Positions 37,656 to 50,402 are shown, counted from the whole stretch's first letter. The stretch is DNA of 63,891 bases, filler included, from Vicugna vicugna (GCA_013265495.1; 78 parts of 76 records of this genome joined end to end with filler, not necessarily neighbours in it); one strand, 5' to 3'. Translations and numbers: made by a program. Notes: generated by a model from the letters alone, not told the origin.

Positions 37656-38341
37656 TATTAGCGTGTGCCTCTCCATGGGTAGTGGAGATGTTTAAACTAA
37701 CACCCACAACTTGGGAATTCCTGTGACCACTGAAAAATGCGTGTGCTATGTTTCCCCACGTCCAGCACACACAGGAAGAAGTTTTCTGGGGTTCTGAGTG
37801 TGGGGAGGTTCCTCCAACAGACAGCAGCACCTGGGTTTTAATAGAATCGCTTAGCTTGACTTCCCTAAGTGTATTCCTAGGCCTAGCAGTAAGCGATGGT
37901 GGGGGATGGGCTCTAAAGCCAAGTATTAGCGAGTGCATTTCTGTGGGTAGTGGAGGGTTTTAAACTTCTTCCCCTACCTTGGAACACCTGTGCCCCATAA
38001 AGATACGTGGAATCTGTTTCCCCACCTCCAGCACACACACGGAGACGTGCTCAGGTATCCTGATTGTGGGGAGGCTCCTCCAAATGACAGCAGCGCCTGG
38101 GTTCTAATAGAATCCCTTAGCTTGTCTTCCCTGATGGCATGCCTAGGCTGGAGAGTGGGAGAAAGTGGGGGTTGGGCTCTAAACCAAGTATTAGCGAGAG
38201 CCTATCCATGGGATGTGGGTTTTTAACCTACAACCCACAACCATGGAATAAATTTGCCCCCTGANNNNNNNNNNNNNCAGCACACACGCGTAGAATTGTT
38301 CTGGTATTCTGAGTGTGGGGTGGTTCCTCAAACTGACAGCA
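37656..38341 (+). repeat. SatA' diverged satellite
   Basis: Colinear with scaffold 1-730, with subunits at ~37781, ~38047 and ~38298. Confidence 0.85.
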
Positions 38342-39587
38342 NNNNNNNNNNNNNNNNNNNNNNNNNNNNNNNNNNNNNNNNNNNNTTAATTAATTAANNN
38401 NNNNNNNNNNNNNNNNNNNNNNNNNNNNNNNNNNNNNNNNNCTTGTATTTGGTGACAAATGCGCCCTTATTAAATTTGTTTGAATGGTTTGAAAAAGTGA
38501 GATGCGATTTGATTTAGGCAGCTGCTGAGGAATTCTTTTCATGAAGTATTTAAACTTGGAAAGTCAAAGTCTGCAGGATCATGCTCGATTCCTGCTTTTA
38601 CAGAAACGTGCTCCGCANNNNNNNNNNNNNNNNNNNNNNNNNNNNNNNNNNNNNNNNNNNNNNNNNNNNNNNNNNNNNNNNNNNNNNNNNNNNNNNNNNN
38701 NNNNNNNNNNNNNNNNNNNNNNNNNNNNNNNNNNNNNNNNNNNNNNNNNNNNNNNNNNNNNNNNNNNNNNNNNNNNNNNNNNNNNNNNNNNNNNNNNNNN
38801 NNNNNNNNNNNNNNNNNNNNNNNNNNNNNNNNNNNNNNNNNNNNNNNNNNNNNNNNNNNNNNNNNNNNNNNNNNNNNNNNNNNNNNNNNNNNNNNNNNNN
38901 NNNNNNNNNNNNNNNNNNNNNNNNNNNNNNNNNNNNNNNNNNNNNNNNNNNNNNNNNNNNNNNNNNNNNNNNNNNNNNNNNNNNNNNNNNNNNNNNNNNN
39001 NNNNNNNNNNNNNNNNNNNNNNNNNNNNNNNNNNNNNNNNNNNNNNNNNNNNNNNNNNNNNNNCCCAGCCTTTACTTTTAACCCATGGTGGCAGTAAATA
39101 GCTGTCTCCGTGCCTGTTGCAGCTGACGTCCAACACTGTCGGCCTTGTCGTTAGTTTGCGGTAGTGAGTCTCCAACACCCCAGTCAACCGTGAAGGAAGA
39201 TGGTTTGGCCGACCTAGGAACTTGCATTCTCACCTCTACCCTGGTTCACCTCACCTGGGGGAAGGGTTTCGCCACCACCATCATGCTGTCCATGAGGCCT
39301 TGTTTGTCCTTTCATGCTCTGGCCCAAAAGTGGACACTTCATTTTTCACTGAATTTGCCTCGCTTGAGTCAGGCCAGAATATCAGAATGAGTCCATTCTG
39401 GGTGGGGAATAGAATAGAAGTAAATGTCTCAAGTAGATGGCATCTAGGCTGTCCGGGTTGGCAAATGAAGGCTGGGATCTGTGATGGNNNNNNNNNNNNN
39501 NNNNNNNNNNNNNNNNNNNNNNNNNNNNNNNTTAATTAATTAANNNNNNNNNNNNNNNNNNNNNNNNNNNNNNNNNNNNNNNNNNNN

Positions 39588-39888
39588 GGAATGTTGGTGT
39601 GTACCTCGAGGCTTGTTGTGGCTGTTGGATCCAAGGTAACCGGGTAGAGTTCTCTGGGTGGATAAGTGTGATGGAGGGGCTGCCGCCCTCTGTGGAGCTT
39701 GGCTTGGTGTTTGTTCCAGGAAGCAGTGTAAGTTCGAGATACTGCTGCTGCCCAAATACCTGAGTTCACAGGTCAGTTTCCAGAAACTGAAAGGGCAGAC
39801 AGTGGAAGATCTGCCTGTCATCAGCTTACTGGTCAGGCTCCGAGGTACTTTCAGACTTGCCCAGTCCTGGTGAAGTCGACTTTAGGGG
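39588..39888 (+). repeat. Unidentified multi-copy sequence (copy 1)
   Basis: 39689-39885 is the near-identical reverse complement of 57171-57367. Confidence 0.8.
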
Positions 39889-40468
39889 NNNNNNNNNNNN
39901 NNNNNNNNNNNNNNNNNNNNNNNNNNNNNNNNNNNNNNNNNNNNNNNNNNNNNNNNNNNNNNNNNNNNNNNNNNNNNNNNNNNNNNNNNNNNNNNNNNNN
40001 NNNNNNNNNNNNNNNNNNNNNNNNNNNNNNNNNNNNNNNNNNNNNNNNNNNNNNNNNNNNNNNNNNNNNNNNNNNNNNNNNNNNNNNNNNNNNNNNNNNN
40101 NNNNNNNNNNNNNNNNNNNNNNNNNNNNNNNNNNNNNNNNNNNNNNNNNNNNNNNNNNNNNNNNNNNNNNNNNNNNNNNNNNNNNNNNNNNNNNNNNNNN
40201 NNNNNNNNNNNNNNNNNNNNNNNNNNNNNNNNNNNNNNNNNNNNNNNNNNNNNNNNNNNNNNNNNNNNNNNNNNNNTTTTCCCAGGGCCTAGCTAGCAAG
40301 CACTTGCCCTTCCCTCCCCAACTCTCAGTCATCCATTTTGAAGGATCAGTACCTGAGCTGCAATGAAGNNNNNNNNNNNNNNNNNNNNNNNNNNNNNNNN
40401 NNNNNNNNNNNNTTAATTAATTAANNNNNNNNNNNNNNNNNNNNNNNNNNNNNNNNNNNNNNNNNNNN

Positions 40469-40690
40469 TATCCTGCAAACCCCCTAGCATTCCCTGGCAT
40501 AGAGACATTATGAGAAACCTCAGGGGAGACGAGTTTAGGCTTTCCGTTTTACACACGCGCTGCCGACGGTTGGTGGAACCTCCCCACGCTCAGGATTCCG
40601 GAACCATTGTCAGTGCGTGGGGGAGCTCGAGAGACAACTCCACGCAGCTCTCTTCAGTCACAGGTGTTCCCTGTTTCGGGAAGTCCGAGA
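40469..40690 (+). repeat. SatA satellite (partial monomer)
   Basis: Matches the monomer. Confidence 0.95.
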
Positions 40691-40790
40691 NNNNNNNNNN
40701 NNNNNNNNNNNNNNNNNNNNNNNNNNNNNNNNNNTTAATTAATTAANNNNNNNNNNNNNNNNNNNNNNNNNNNNNNNNNNNNNNNNNNNN

Positions 40791-40855
40791 CTTGGGGAGG
40801 GAGTCACTGACACTGGGATATCCTGCAAACAGCCCTAGTATTCCCTGGCACAGAG
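40791..40855 (+). repeat. SatA fragment
   Basis: CACTGGGATATCCTGCAAAC...ATTCCCTGGCACAGAG. Confidence 0.9.
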
Positions 40856-40955
40856 NNNNNNNNNNNNNNNNNNNNNNNNNNNNNNNNNNNNNNNNNNNNT
40901 TAATTAATTAANNNNNNNNNNNNNNNNNNNNNNNNNNNNNNNNNNNNNNNNNNNN

Positions 40956-41381
40956 TCGCTCCAAGAGGGTTTTTGTGGGATCAAGGTGTGATTCTTGAAA
41001 ATGGTGATAGTCAGAAGCTGCAAAGTCAAAGTAAATATTTCATAGTGCATAGGTAACTTGTTTGGTGGTTGAAACATCAGTCATGCGCATGTTCAGAACT
41101 CAGAAATGCATGTTTGAGGAATCCGTGATGCATGAAACATGCTCGAAACCCGTAATTCCATGGTTATGTAAACAATGTCAATTACATGTAAATTACATGT
41201 GTATTGGTGAGAATTATTTCAAAAGTGTTTTTTGATGCCAAATGTCCGATTTTAGAACCTGGTGATAGGAAAAACCTATGAAGTCAGAGTAAATATTTCT
41301 AAGTTTATATGCGCTTTGTTCGGACGGTGAAAGGTTCGTAATCCACATGCTCACAAGTCAGAAACGCATGATTGCCGAATC
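40956..41381 (-). repeat. SatB satellite
   Basis: Shared SatB motifs. Confidence 0.9.
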
Positions 41382-42017
41382 NNNNNNNNNNNNNNNNNNN
41401 NNNNNNNNNNNNNNNNNNNNNNNNNTTAATTAATTAANNNNNNNNNNNNNNNNNNNNNNNNNNNNNNNNNNNNNNNNNNNNTCACAGGCACCTTACAGCC
41501 TAATCACCCCTGTGTGCTGGTTGTGGACTGGAGGGTCCTGAGCACAGGCCTGCAAGCGAAGGGGACCGTGGAGCAGAGAGCCAGCACTGGGGAGGGGCTG
41601 TGTCTCTGCTTCACCTGAGTCCCCAAACAAGACAGGTCAAGGCTGAACCTGGTTGTTATAGTATTCATTAAAATCCAACCTATATCAGCTATTTTAGGTT
41701 TTTACTTTGCATTAATCATTAATCATATTAACTGAATTTAACATGCTTGTCTTATATCTAGAATAATTTTGCATGTAATTTTTCAATTCATGTAAATATA
41801 TCCAAACATACCATTTGTATCACAGATACTTTGTGTCGGAAACAGCCGGGGCTTCACCAGCATCGACACCCTCTCCCCCAGGGGCTCACAGCTAGTCTGC
41901 ACCTCCCCTCACCTCCTNNNNNNNNNNNNNNNNNNNNNNNNNNNNNNNNNNNNNNNNNNNNTTAATTAATTAANNNNNNNNNNNNNNNNNNNNNNNNNNN
42001 NNNNNNNNNNNNNNNNN

Positions 42018-43091
42018 TATAAAAGTGATATTTTCATCTAGACACGTGTACACATTTTCACATGCTTTTCCTAAAACCAGGTTCGAATTCGTGAATTTTT
42101 CACAAAAAAATATTTCTGGAGCGATTTCCACCTAATAGGTATGTAATTTACATGAATTCCATCAACATGGCATTCCGGGTTCCGTACATGCTACATGCAA
42201 GACTGATTCGGAAATCATGCATTTCTGACTTGTGAGCATATGGATTACTGACCTTTCATTCACCGAACAATGCGTATATACACTTAGAATTATTTACACT
42301 GACTTCATAGATTTTTCTATCACCATGTTTTAAATTGGACATCTGGCCCCAGAAAACATTCTTTGAGAGAATTCTAACAAATACACATGTAATTTACATT
42401 GTTTACATAACCATGGCATTCCGTATTACGAACATGTTTCATGCATCACGGATTCCTCAAACATGCATTTCTGAGTTGTGAACATGTGCGTGACTGATGT
42501 TTCAACCACCAAACAAGTTACCTATGCACTNNNNNNNNNNNNNNNNNNNNNNNNNNNNNNNNNNNNNNNNNNNNNNNNNNNNNNNNNNNNNNNNNNNNNN
42601 NNNNNNNNNNNNNNNNNNNNNNNNNNNNNNNNNNNNNNNNNNNNNNNNNNNNNNNNNNNNNNNNNNNNNNNNNNNNNNNNNNNNNNNNNNNNNNNNNNNN
42701 NNNNNNNNNNNNNNNNNNNNNNNNNNNNNNNNNNNNNNNNNNNNNNNNNNNNNNNNNNNNNNNNNNNNNNNNNNNNNNNNNNNNNNNNNNNNNNNNNNNN
42801 NNNNNNNNNNNNNNNNNNNNNNNNNNNNNNNNNNNNNNCATTTTTCACAGAAAAATAGTTCTGGAGCGATTTCCACCTAACAGTTATGTAATTTACATGT
42901 ATTCCAACAACATGGCATTCCGGGATCCGTACATGCTACATGTATGACGGATTTGGCAATCATGCATTTCTGACTTGTGAGCATGTGGATTACAAACATT
43001 TCACCCTCCGAAAAAGTATTATATAGACTTAGCAATATTTACTAGGACTTCATAGATTTTTCCGATCACCAGGTTCTAAAATCGGACATTT
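42018..43091 (+). repeat. SatB satellite
   Basis: CTGGAGCGATTTCCACCTAA occurs at ~42116 and ~42861, a ~745 spacing across a gap. Confidence 0.9.
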
Positions 43092-43191
43092 NNNNNNNNN
43101 NNNNNNNNNNNNNNNNNNNNNNNNNNNNNNNNNNNTTAATTAATTAANNNNNNNNNNNNNNNNNNNNNNNNNNNNNNNNNNNNNNNNNNNN

Positions 43192-43713
43192 GACTTTAAC
43201 AATCCATTAACATCACTGGACAGATATTCCATACATGAAATTAATAAGACAACATAGATATTAAATGATACAATAGAACAATTTGTCTTGGGTAATATTT
43301 TCAGAACATTATATTTCCCTAAAATAGAACATACATTCTTCTCAAGTGCACATACCACATTTTCTAGGATAGATCATATACTTTGNNNNNNNNNNNNNNN
43401 NNNNNNNNNNNNNNNNNNNNNNNNNNNNNNNNNNNNNNNNNNNNNNNNNNNNNNNNNNNNNNNNNNNNNNNNNNNNNNNNNNNNNNNNNNNNNNNNNGAA
43501 AAAAATGACAGTATGGAGGTTAAACAACATACTACTTTAAAAAAAATGGGTGGATGATGAAATCAAAGAAGAAATAAAAAACACATTGAGACAAGTGATA
43601 ATGAAAACACAACCACACAGAACCTATGGGATCCAGAAAAGGCAGTGCTTAGAGGGAAGCTTATAGCAAGAGAATCAGGTCTACCTCAAAAACGAGGAAC
43701 AACTGCAATAAAC
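43192..43713 (+). mobile_element. L1 ORF2 endonuclease/linker fragment, degenerate
   Basis: DFNNPLTSLDR...IFRTLYFPKIEHTFFSSAHTTFSRIDHIL; NENTTTQNLWD..KAVLRGKLIA. Confidence 0.88.
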
Positions 43714-43813
43714 NNNNNNNNNNNNNNNNNNNNNNNNNNNNNNNNNNNNNNNNNNNNTTAATTAATTAANNNNNNNNNNNNNNNNNNNNNNNNNNNNNNN
43801 NNNNNNNNNNNNN

Positions 43814-44666
43814 TATTTTATATTCTATATTCTGTGTAATACATTGTATATTCTAAATACTATATTCAGTTTTCTGTATACTTTATTCTAAATTCTGTGT
43901 TCTACATTGTATATTCATATTCTATATTCAGTATTCGGTGTTCTATATTTTAAATTCTGTGTACTGCATTCCATGTTCTTATTTTTGTGTTCTATATTCT
44001 GTACTTTATATTCTATATTCTGTGTTCTACATTCTATATTCTAAATTGTATATTCAGTATTCTATTCTCTTTATTCTAAATTCTGTNNNNNNNNNNNNNN
44101 NNNNNNNNNNNNNNNNNNNNNNNNNNNNNNNNNNNNNNNNNNNNNNNNNNNNNNNNNNNNNNNNNNNNNNNNNNNNNNNNNNNNNNNNNNNNNNNNNNNN
44201 NNNNNNNNNNNNNNNNNNNNNNNNNNNNNNNNNNNNNNNNNNNNNNNNNNNNNNNNNNNNNNNNNNNNNNNNNNNNNNNNNNNNNNNNNNNNNNNNNNNN
44301 NNNNNNNNNNNNNNNNNNNNNNNNNNNNNNNNNNNNNNNNNNNNNNNNNNNNNNNNNNNNNNNNNNNNNNNNNNNNNNNNNNNNNNNNNNNNNNNNNNNN
44401 NNNNNNNNNNNNNNNNNNNNNNGATACTCAGTTTCTGTATACTATATTCTAAATTCTGTTTTCTGCATTCCATGTTCTAAATTCTGGGTTTTATATTCTC
44501 TATTCTATATTCTAAATTCTGTTTTCTATATTGTATATTCATATTCTATATTCAGTATTCGGTATTCTATATTCTAATTTCTGTGTTGTACATTCCATGT
44601 TCTAAATTTTGTGTTCTATAATCTGTATTCCAGATTCTATATTCTGTGTTCTACATTCTATATTCT
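43814..44666 (-). repeat. SatC heptamer satellite
   Basis: 7-bp periodicity. Confidence 0.95.
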
Positions 44667-44766
44667 NNNNNNNNNNNNNNNNNNNNNNNNNNNNNNNNNN
44701 NNNNNNNNNNTTAATTAATTAANNNNNNNNNNNNNNNNNNNNNNNNNNNNNNNNNNNNNNNNNNNN

Positions 44767-45020
44767 ACTCTGTGCTCTGGTTTCCATAACCCTAAAAATG
44801 AGGCTAATAATTGTACCTTGATAGTGATAATGTTACTTTTCCTAAGGGGCTTAAAACAGTGCCTGGCACATGGAAAATACCCAATGTTAAGTTATATATT
44901 TATTTGTTATTATTTATTTCTCACATTAGAGTGAAAGATACATGAGAAGGGGCAATATGTCAGTTTATTTACACAATCTTCCTAGATCCTAGAGAAAATG
45001 CCTGGCCTATACATGAATAG
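44767..45020 (+). mobile_element. MIR and L2-like fragments
   Basis: ACTCTGTGCTCTGGTTTCC...AAAAATGAGGCTAATAATTGTACC...AACAGTGCCTGGCACATGG is MIR core-like. Confidence 0.55.
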
Positions 45021-45420
45021 AAAGGCCAGAGTTAAAAAATATANNNNNNNNNNNNNNNNNNNNNNNNNNNNNNNNNNNNNNNNNNNNNNNNNNNNNNNNN
45101 NNNNNNNNNNNNNNNNNNNNNNNNNNNNNNNNNNNNNNNNNNNNNNNNNNNNNNNNNNNNNNNNNNNNNNATTAAATTAAATTGTTCTTTTAGTTTCACT
45201 CTTTTGTTAGCTCATTTCTGCATCCATCTTTCATAATATTTTACATAGGTAAGGCTAACTTCCCTTGGCCTATCAACAGGGCAAATCATGTGACATCCAA
45301 GATGCTCCATTTGAANNNNNNNNNNNNNNNNNNNNNNNNNNNNNNNNNNNNNNNNNNNNTTAATTAATTAANNNNNNNNNNNNNNNNNNNNNNNNNNNNN
45401 NNNNNNNNNNNNNNNCAGGG

Positions 45421-45427
45421 CACTGTG
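45421..45427 (-). other. Recombination signal sequence heptamer CACAGTG (spacer and nonamer cut off by scaffold end)
   Basis: The minus strand reads TGTGCCTCCA-CACAGTG-CCCTG immediately after the YLCAS codons. Confidence 0.9.
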
Positions 45428-45715
45428 TGGAGGCACAGAGGTATGTGGCTGAGTCCTCGCGCTGGGGTCCTTTGATGTACAGGTAGCTGTGACCATCCTT
45501 AGTACTTGGAGTGACTCTAATTCGTCCTTCCTCCTTTTCATCTCCATTTAAAATCATTACAAACAGGTTCTGGGCACTTTTTGCAGGTTCCCATCTGTAC
45601 CAGTGAAAAGCATAAAAAGAGCTGGGAGGGAAACTGCAGGTGACATTGGTGCTCTCTTGTTCCTGAACGTGCACCCGTGGAGGACCCTGTTTCATGCTCA
45701 AGAGGAGGCTCAATC
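45428..45715 (-). CDS. TRAV24: T-cell receptor alpha variable gene, V exon (TRAV24-like)
   Basis: Acceptor TTTCTGAACAG|GA, then LSLLLSMKQGPPRVHVQEQESTNVTCSFPPSSFYAFHWYRWEPAKSAQNLFVMILNGDEKEEGRIRVTPSTKDGHSYLYIKGPQREDSATYLCAS. The conserved Cys, Trp and Cys are present and it matches the human TRAV24 pattern. Confidence 0.9.
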
Positions 45716-45879
45716 CTGTTCAGAAAGACAAAGTCAGACATAGAGACTGATCTCTGCACAGAGTGTTCACTGTCTTCACACATTCCCAGACAGAGCCTAG
45801 AGGTGCCTGACTGCATCCTCCTCCTTCCCCATCACCACCCGAGACCGCTCAGAGTTGCTTTGGCTGCCCCTGCACTTAC

Positions 45880-45934
45880 CACCAAGATGAAGCCACAGGA
45901 TCAGCAATGAGACTGGCCAAGGATTCCTCTCCAT
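45880..45934 (-). CDS. TRAV24: TRAV24-like leader exon (55 nt)
   Basis: ATG...MERNPWPVSLLILWLHLG-G|GTAAGT. Phase 1 matches the V exon; the intron is 164 nt. Confidence 0.88.
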
Positions 45935-46452
45935 TTGTCCTGCCCAAGGTCCTCAGCAGAGGAATGTTCTGTAGGCTAGACCTGTGGAATTTTTTGCTTC
46001 AGAAAACAGGATTCTGCGTCTGGTTGCCCAGCCAGTCAGAGACAAGACAAGATCAATGTCCTAGAGACACACCAACCATTTCTGCCTTAGAATCAGTTTT
46101 TTNNNNNNNNNNNNNNNNNNNNNNNNNNNNNNNNNNNNNNNNNNNNNNNNNNNNNNNNNNNNNNNNNNNNNNNNNNNNNNNNNNNNNNGAACCTTTCAGA
46201 AGGGGGCGGACTAATGGTGGACTGCTAGTGTTCAACCTGAGACACTAGGATGGCAACTGTGGCAAGAAAACCACTTTGGCTAGCAAACTTTTATATGAAC
46301 TTTCAACAAAATTTTGAAAGCTTTCAAATCCCCTAAATCATAAAGGTTCACANNNNNNNNNNNNNNNNNNNNNNNNNNNNNNNNNNNNNNNNNNNNTTAA
46401 TTAATTAANNNNNNNNNNNNNNNNNNNNNNNNNNNNNNNNNNNNNNNNNNNN

Positions 46453-47493
46453 TATTCTGTATTCTATATTCTAAATTATGTGTTCTGCATCCCATGTGCT
46501 TAATTCTGTTTTCTATATTCTCTATTGTATATTCTATGTTTTGTGTTCTTCATTCTATATTGTAAATTCTGTATTCTGCATTCCGTACGCTATATTCTCT
46601 TTTCTGTGTTCTATATTCTATACTGTAAATTCTACATTCAATATTCTTTTTTCTATATTCTAAATTGTGTGTTCTGCATTCCATGTTCTAAATTCTGGGT
46701 TCTATATTCTCTATTCTCTATTCTATATTCTGTGTTCTACATTCTTTATTCAAAACTCTATATTCAGTATTCTGTATACCATATTCTCTATTCTGTGTTC
46801 TACATCCTATATTTTAACTTCTATATAGACTATTCAGTATTCTATATTCTAAATTCTGTGTTCTGCATTCCATGTTCTAAATTGTGTGTTCTGTATTATG
46901 TATCTATATTCTATATCCTTTGTTCTACATTCTATATTCTAAATTGTATATTCACTATTCTTTATACTATATTCTAAATTATGTGTTCTGCATACCATGT
47001 TCTAAATTCTGGCTTCTATATTCTATATTCCCTATTTTATATTCTGTGTTATTCATTCTATATTTTAAATTCTATTTTCTGCATTCAGTATTCTATATTC
47101 TAAACNNNNNNNNNNNNNNNNNNNNNNNNNNNNNNNNNNNNNNNNNNNNNNNNNNNNNNNNNNNNNNNNNNNNNNNNNNNNNNNNNNNNNNNNNNNNNNN
47201 NNNNNNNNNNNNNNNNNNNNNNNNNNNNNNNNNNNNNNNNNNNNNNNNNNNNNNNNNNNNNNNNNNNNNNNNNNNNNNNNNNNNNNNNNNNNNNNNNNNN
47301 NNNNNNNNNNNNNNNNNNNNNNNNNNNNNNNNNNNNTATTCTGTGTTCTACATTCTATATTCTAAATTCCATATTCAGTTCAGAATATTCTATATTCCAA
47401 CTTCTGTGTTCTGAATTCCATGTTCTAAATTCTGGGCTCTAAAATCTCTAATCTCTATTCTATATTCTGTGTCCTACATTGTATATTCAAAAT
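46453..47493 (-). repeat. SatC heptamer satellite
   Basis: CCATGTTCTAAATT occurs at 46681, 46870 and 46996 (spacings of 189 and 126). Confidence 0.95.
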
Positions 47494-47619
47494 NNNNNNN
47501 NNNNNNNNNNNNNNNNNNNNNNNNNNNNNNNNNNNNNTTAATTAATTAANNNNNNNNNNNNNNNNNNNNNNNNNNNNNNNNNNNNNNNNNNNNCAAGAAA
47601 CTTCTTTAGAAACATCACT

Positions 47620-47800
47620 GGGGAAGGGTGGATAGGTCGCTGATTTCCACTGTTCTTTCTGAAGTGATGAAAAATGTTCTGGAATAATAATGGTTGCAGC
47701 ACTGTGAATATGCTAAAAGCTGTTGAATTGTACCATTTAAATGGATGGACTTCATGGTGTGTGAACAAAGTCCAATAAAGCTGTTATATGAAAAAAATAT
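47620..47800 (+). mobile_element. L1M-type 3' end fragment
   Basis: GTGATGAAAAATGTTCTGGAAT...ATGGTTGCAGCACTGTGAATATGCTAAAA...GAATTGTACC...CAATAAAGCTGTT. Confidence 0.75.
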
Positions 47801-48025
47801 CTCTTGACAATTATTTTCCCCTCTATACAACTAGTCTGCCACACAATTTAAGAAAAACAAAAAGCCAAAACAAACCAAACTGTGCCAGGAGCTCTTTAGG
47901 ATTGCAATGTCCCTAGGTCTCCAAGGCCTCTGGTGGTGCTGTTCCTGTTAACACACACTAGCTGGGCTGGACTAGTTAGGGACTGTAACTATCTTTCTAA
48001 AATCCACGGTCACACGTTTCAGCCT

Positions 48026-48259
48026 GGGAGAGGGAAGCCTGGAGGATGTCACAGACTCATGCCTTCAGCACATTTTTAACTGAACCAAGCCCTGCTTTCA
48101 ACACAGTAACGTGACATCATCAAGCACCGCCATCATAACACCTGAAAGTGTTCAAGGTACTTACCTGGGTCCGAAATACTAAGCAAGGAGACAGAAGCTC
48201 CCTCAGCACTGCCACTACCTTTTCCCGACTCCACCAGGAGAAGCTGGTATTTACAACCT
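48026..48259 (-). other. Paralog of the exon/donor region at 30702-30955
   Basis: The reverse complement aligns, including CCCAG|GTAAGTACCTTGAACACTTTCAGGT. Confidence 0.85.
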
Positions 48260-48359
48260 NNNNNNNNNNNNNNNNNNNNNNNNNNNNNNNNNNNNNNNNN
48301 NNNTTAATTAATTAANNNNNNNNNNNNNNNNNNNNNNNNNNNNNNNNNNNNNNNNNNNN

Positions 48360-49069
48360 ACAGCCATCATAAGTTTCTGGATTGTGAGCTTGTGGATTAA
48401 TGACCTTTCATCCACCAAACAAGGCATATATAGGCTTAGAATTATTTACACTGACTTCAATTTTTTTTCTATCACCAGGTTCAAAAATCGGACATCTGGC
48501 ACCAGAAAACACTCTTTGAGAGAATTCTCACAAATACACATGTAATTTGCATTGTTTACATAACCATGTCATTCCGTAATACGAAGATGTTTCATGCGTC
48601 ACGAATGACTCAATCATGCATTTCTGAGTTGTGAACATGCGCATGACTGATGTTTCAACCACCAAACAAGTTATCTATGCACTCTGAAATATTTACTTTG
48701 ACTTCGTAGCTTCTTCCTATCACCAGTTCAAGAATCACACTTTGATCCCAGAAAAATCCTCTTGGGCAGAATTCTACCCTAGGGATATGTAATTTGAATA
48801 GATTCAATCAACAAGATATTCCGTGTTCCTTACATGCTACATACATGACAGATTTGACAAACATGCATTCCTGAGTAGAGAGCATGTGGATTACTAGTCT
48901 TTCATCATAGTCTTTCATCCTCTATAAAAGGAATATTTTCATCTAGACACATGTACACATTTTCACTAGCTTTCCCTCACAGCAGTTTCGAATTCGTGCT
49001 TTTTTCACAGAAAAATTGTTCCGGAGCGATTTCACCTACCAGATACGTAATTTACATTATTTCCAACAA
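48360..49069 (+). repeat. SatB satellite (three subunits)
   Basis: Subunit anchors at ~48366, ~48612 and ~48860. Confidence 0.9.
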
Positions 49070-49169
49070 NNNNNNNNNNNNNNNNNNNNNNNNNNNNNNN
49101 NNNNNNNNNNNNNTTAATTAATTAANNNNNNNNNNNNNNNNNNNNNNNNNNNNNNNNNNNNNNNNNNNN

Positions 49170-50302
49170 GAATATAGAATATAGGATACAGAATACTGAA
49201 TATAGAGTTTAGAAAATGGAATGTAGGACACAGAATTTAGAATATAGTATACAGAAATCTGAATATAGAATTTAGAATATAGAATGTAGAACACAGGTTA
49301 TAGAATATAGAATAGAGAATATAGAACCCAGAACTTAGGAATGGAATGCAGAATATAGAAATAAGAAATCAGNNNNNNNNNNNNNNNNNNNNNNNNNNNN
49401 NNNNNNNNNNNNNNNNNNNNNNNNNNNNNNNNNNNNNNNNNNNNNNNNNNNNNNNNNNNNNNNNNNNNNNNNNNNNNNNNNNNNNNNNNNNNNNNNNNNN
49501 NNNNNNNNNNNNNNNNNNNNNNNNNNNNNNNNNNNNNNNNNNNNNNNNNNNNNNNNNNNNNNNNNNNNNNNNNNNNNNNNNNNNNNNNNNNNNNNNNNNN
49601 NNNNNNNNNNNNNNNNNNNNNNNNNNNNNNNNNNNNNNNNNNNNNNNNNNNNNNNNNNNNNNNNNNNNNNNNNNNNNNNNNNNNNNNNNNNNNNNNNNNN
49701 NNNNNNNNNNNNNNNNNNNNNNNNNNNNNNNNNNNNNNNNNNNNNNNNNNNNNNNNNNNNNNNNNNNNNNNNNNNNNNNNNNNNNNNNNNNNNNNNNNNT
49801 ATTGAATGTAAAGAATACAGAATATAGAATAGAGAATACAGAACCCAGAATTTAGAACATGGAAAGCAGAACACAGAATTAAAATACAGAATACAGAATA
49901 CTGAATATAGAATTTAGAACATAGAATTCAGAACACAGAATTTAGAATATAGAATGCAGAATACTGAATATAGATATTATAAACAGGAATGCAGAACACA
50001 GATTTTTAATATATAAAATGCAGAATACTGAGTATAGATTTAAGAACATAGAATGCAGAACACAGAATTTGGAATAAAGAAAACAGAATACTGAATACAG
50101 AATTTCGAATAAAGAACGTACAACACAGAATTTAGAATATAGAATAAAGAATACTGAATATAGAATTTAGAATATACAATGTAGAACACAGAATATAGAA
50201 ACTAAAATAGAGTATATAGAACCCAGAATTTATAACATGGAATACAGAACACAGAAGTAAAATATAGAATACAGAATACTGAATATAGAATTTAGAATAC
50301 AC
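49170..50302 (+). repeat. SatC heptamer satellite with 63-bp higher-order period
   Basis: AACACAG occurs at 49870, 49932, 49995, 50059, 50122, 50185 and 50248. Confidence 0.95.
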
Positions 50303-50402
50303 NNNNNNNNNNNNNNNNNNNNNNNNNNNNNNNNNNNNNNNNNNNNTTAATTAATTAANNNNNNNNNNNNNNNNNNNNNNNNNNNNNNNNNNNNNNNNNN
50401 NN

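Noticed and set aside
46525..47414. Hydrophobic Tyr/Ile/Phe/Ser-rich ORFs resembling membrane proteins
   Set aside because: These are read-throughs of the heptamer satellite.
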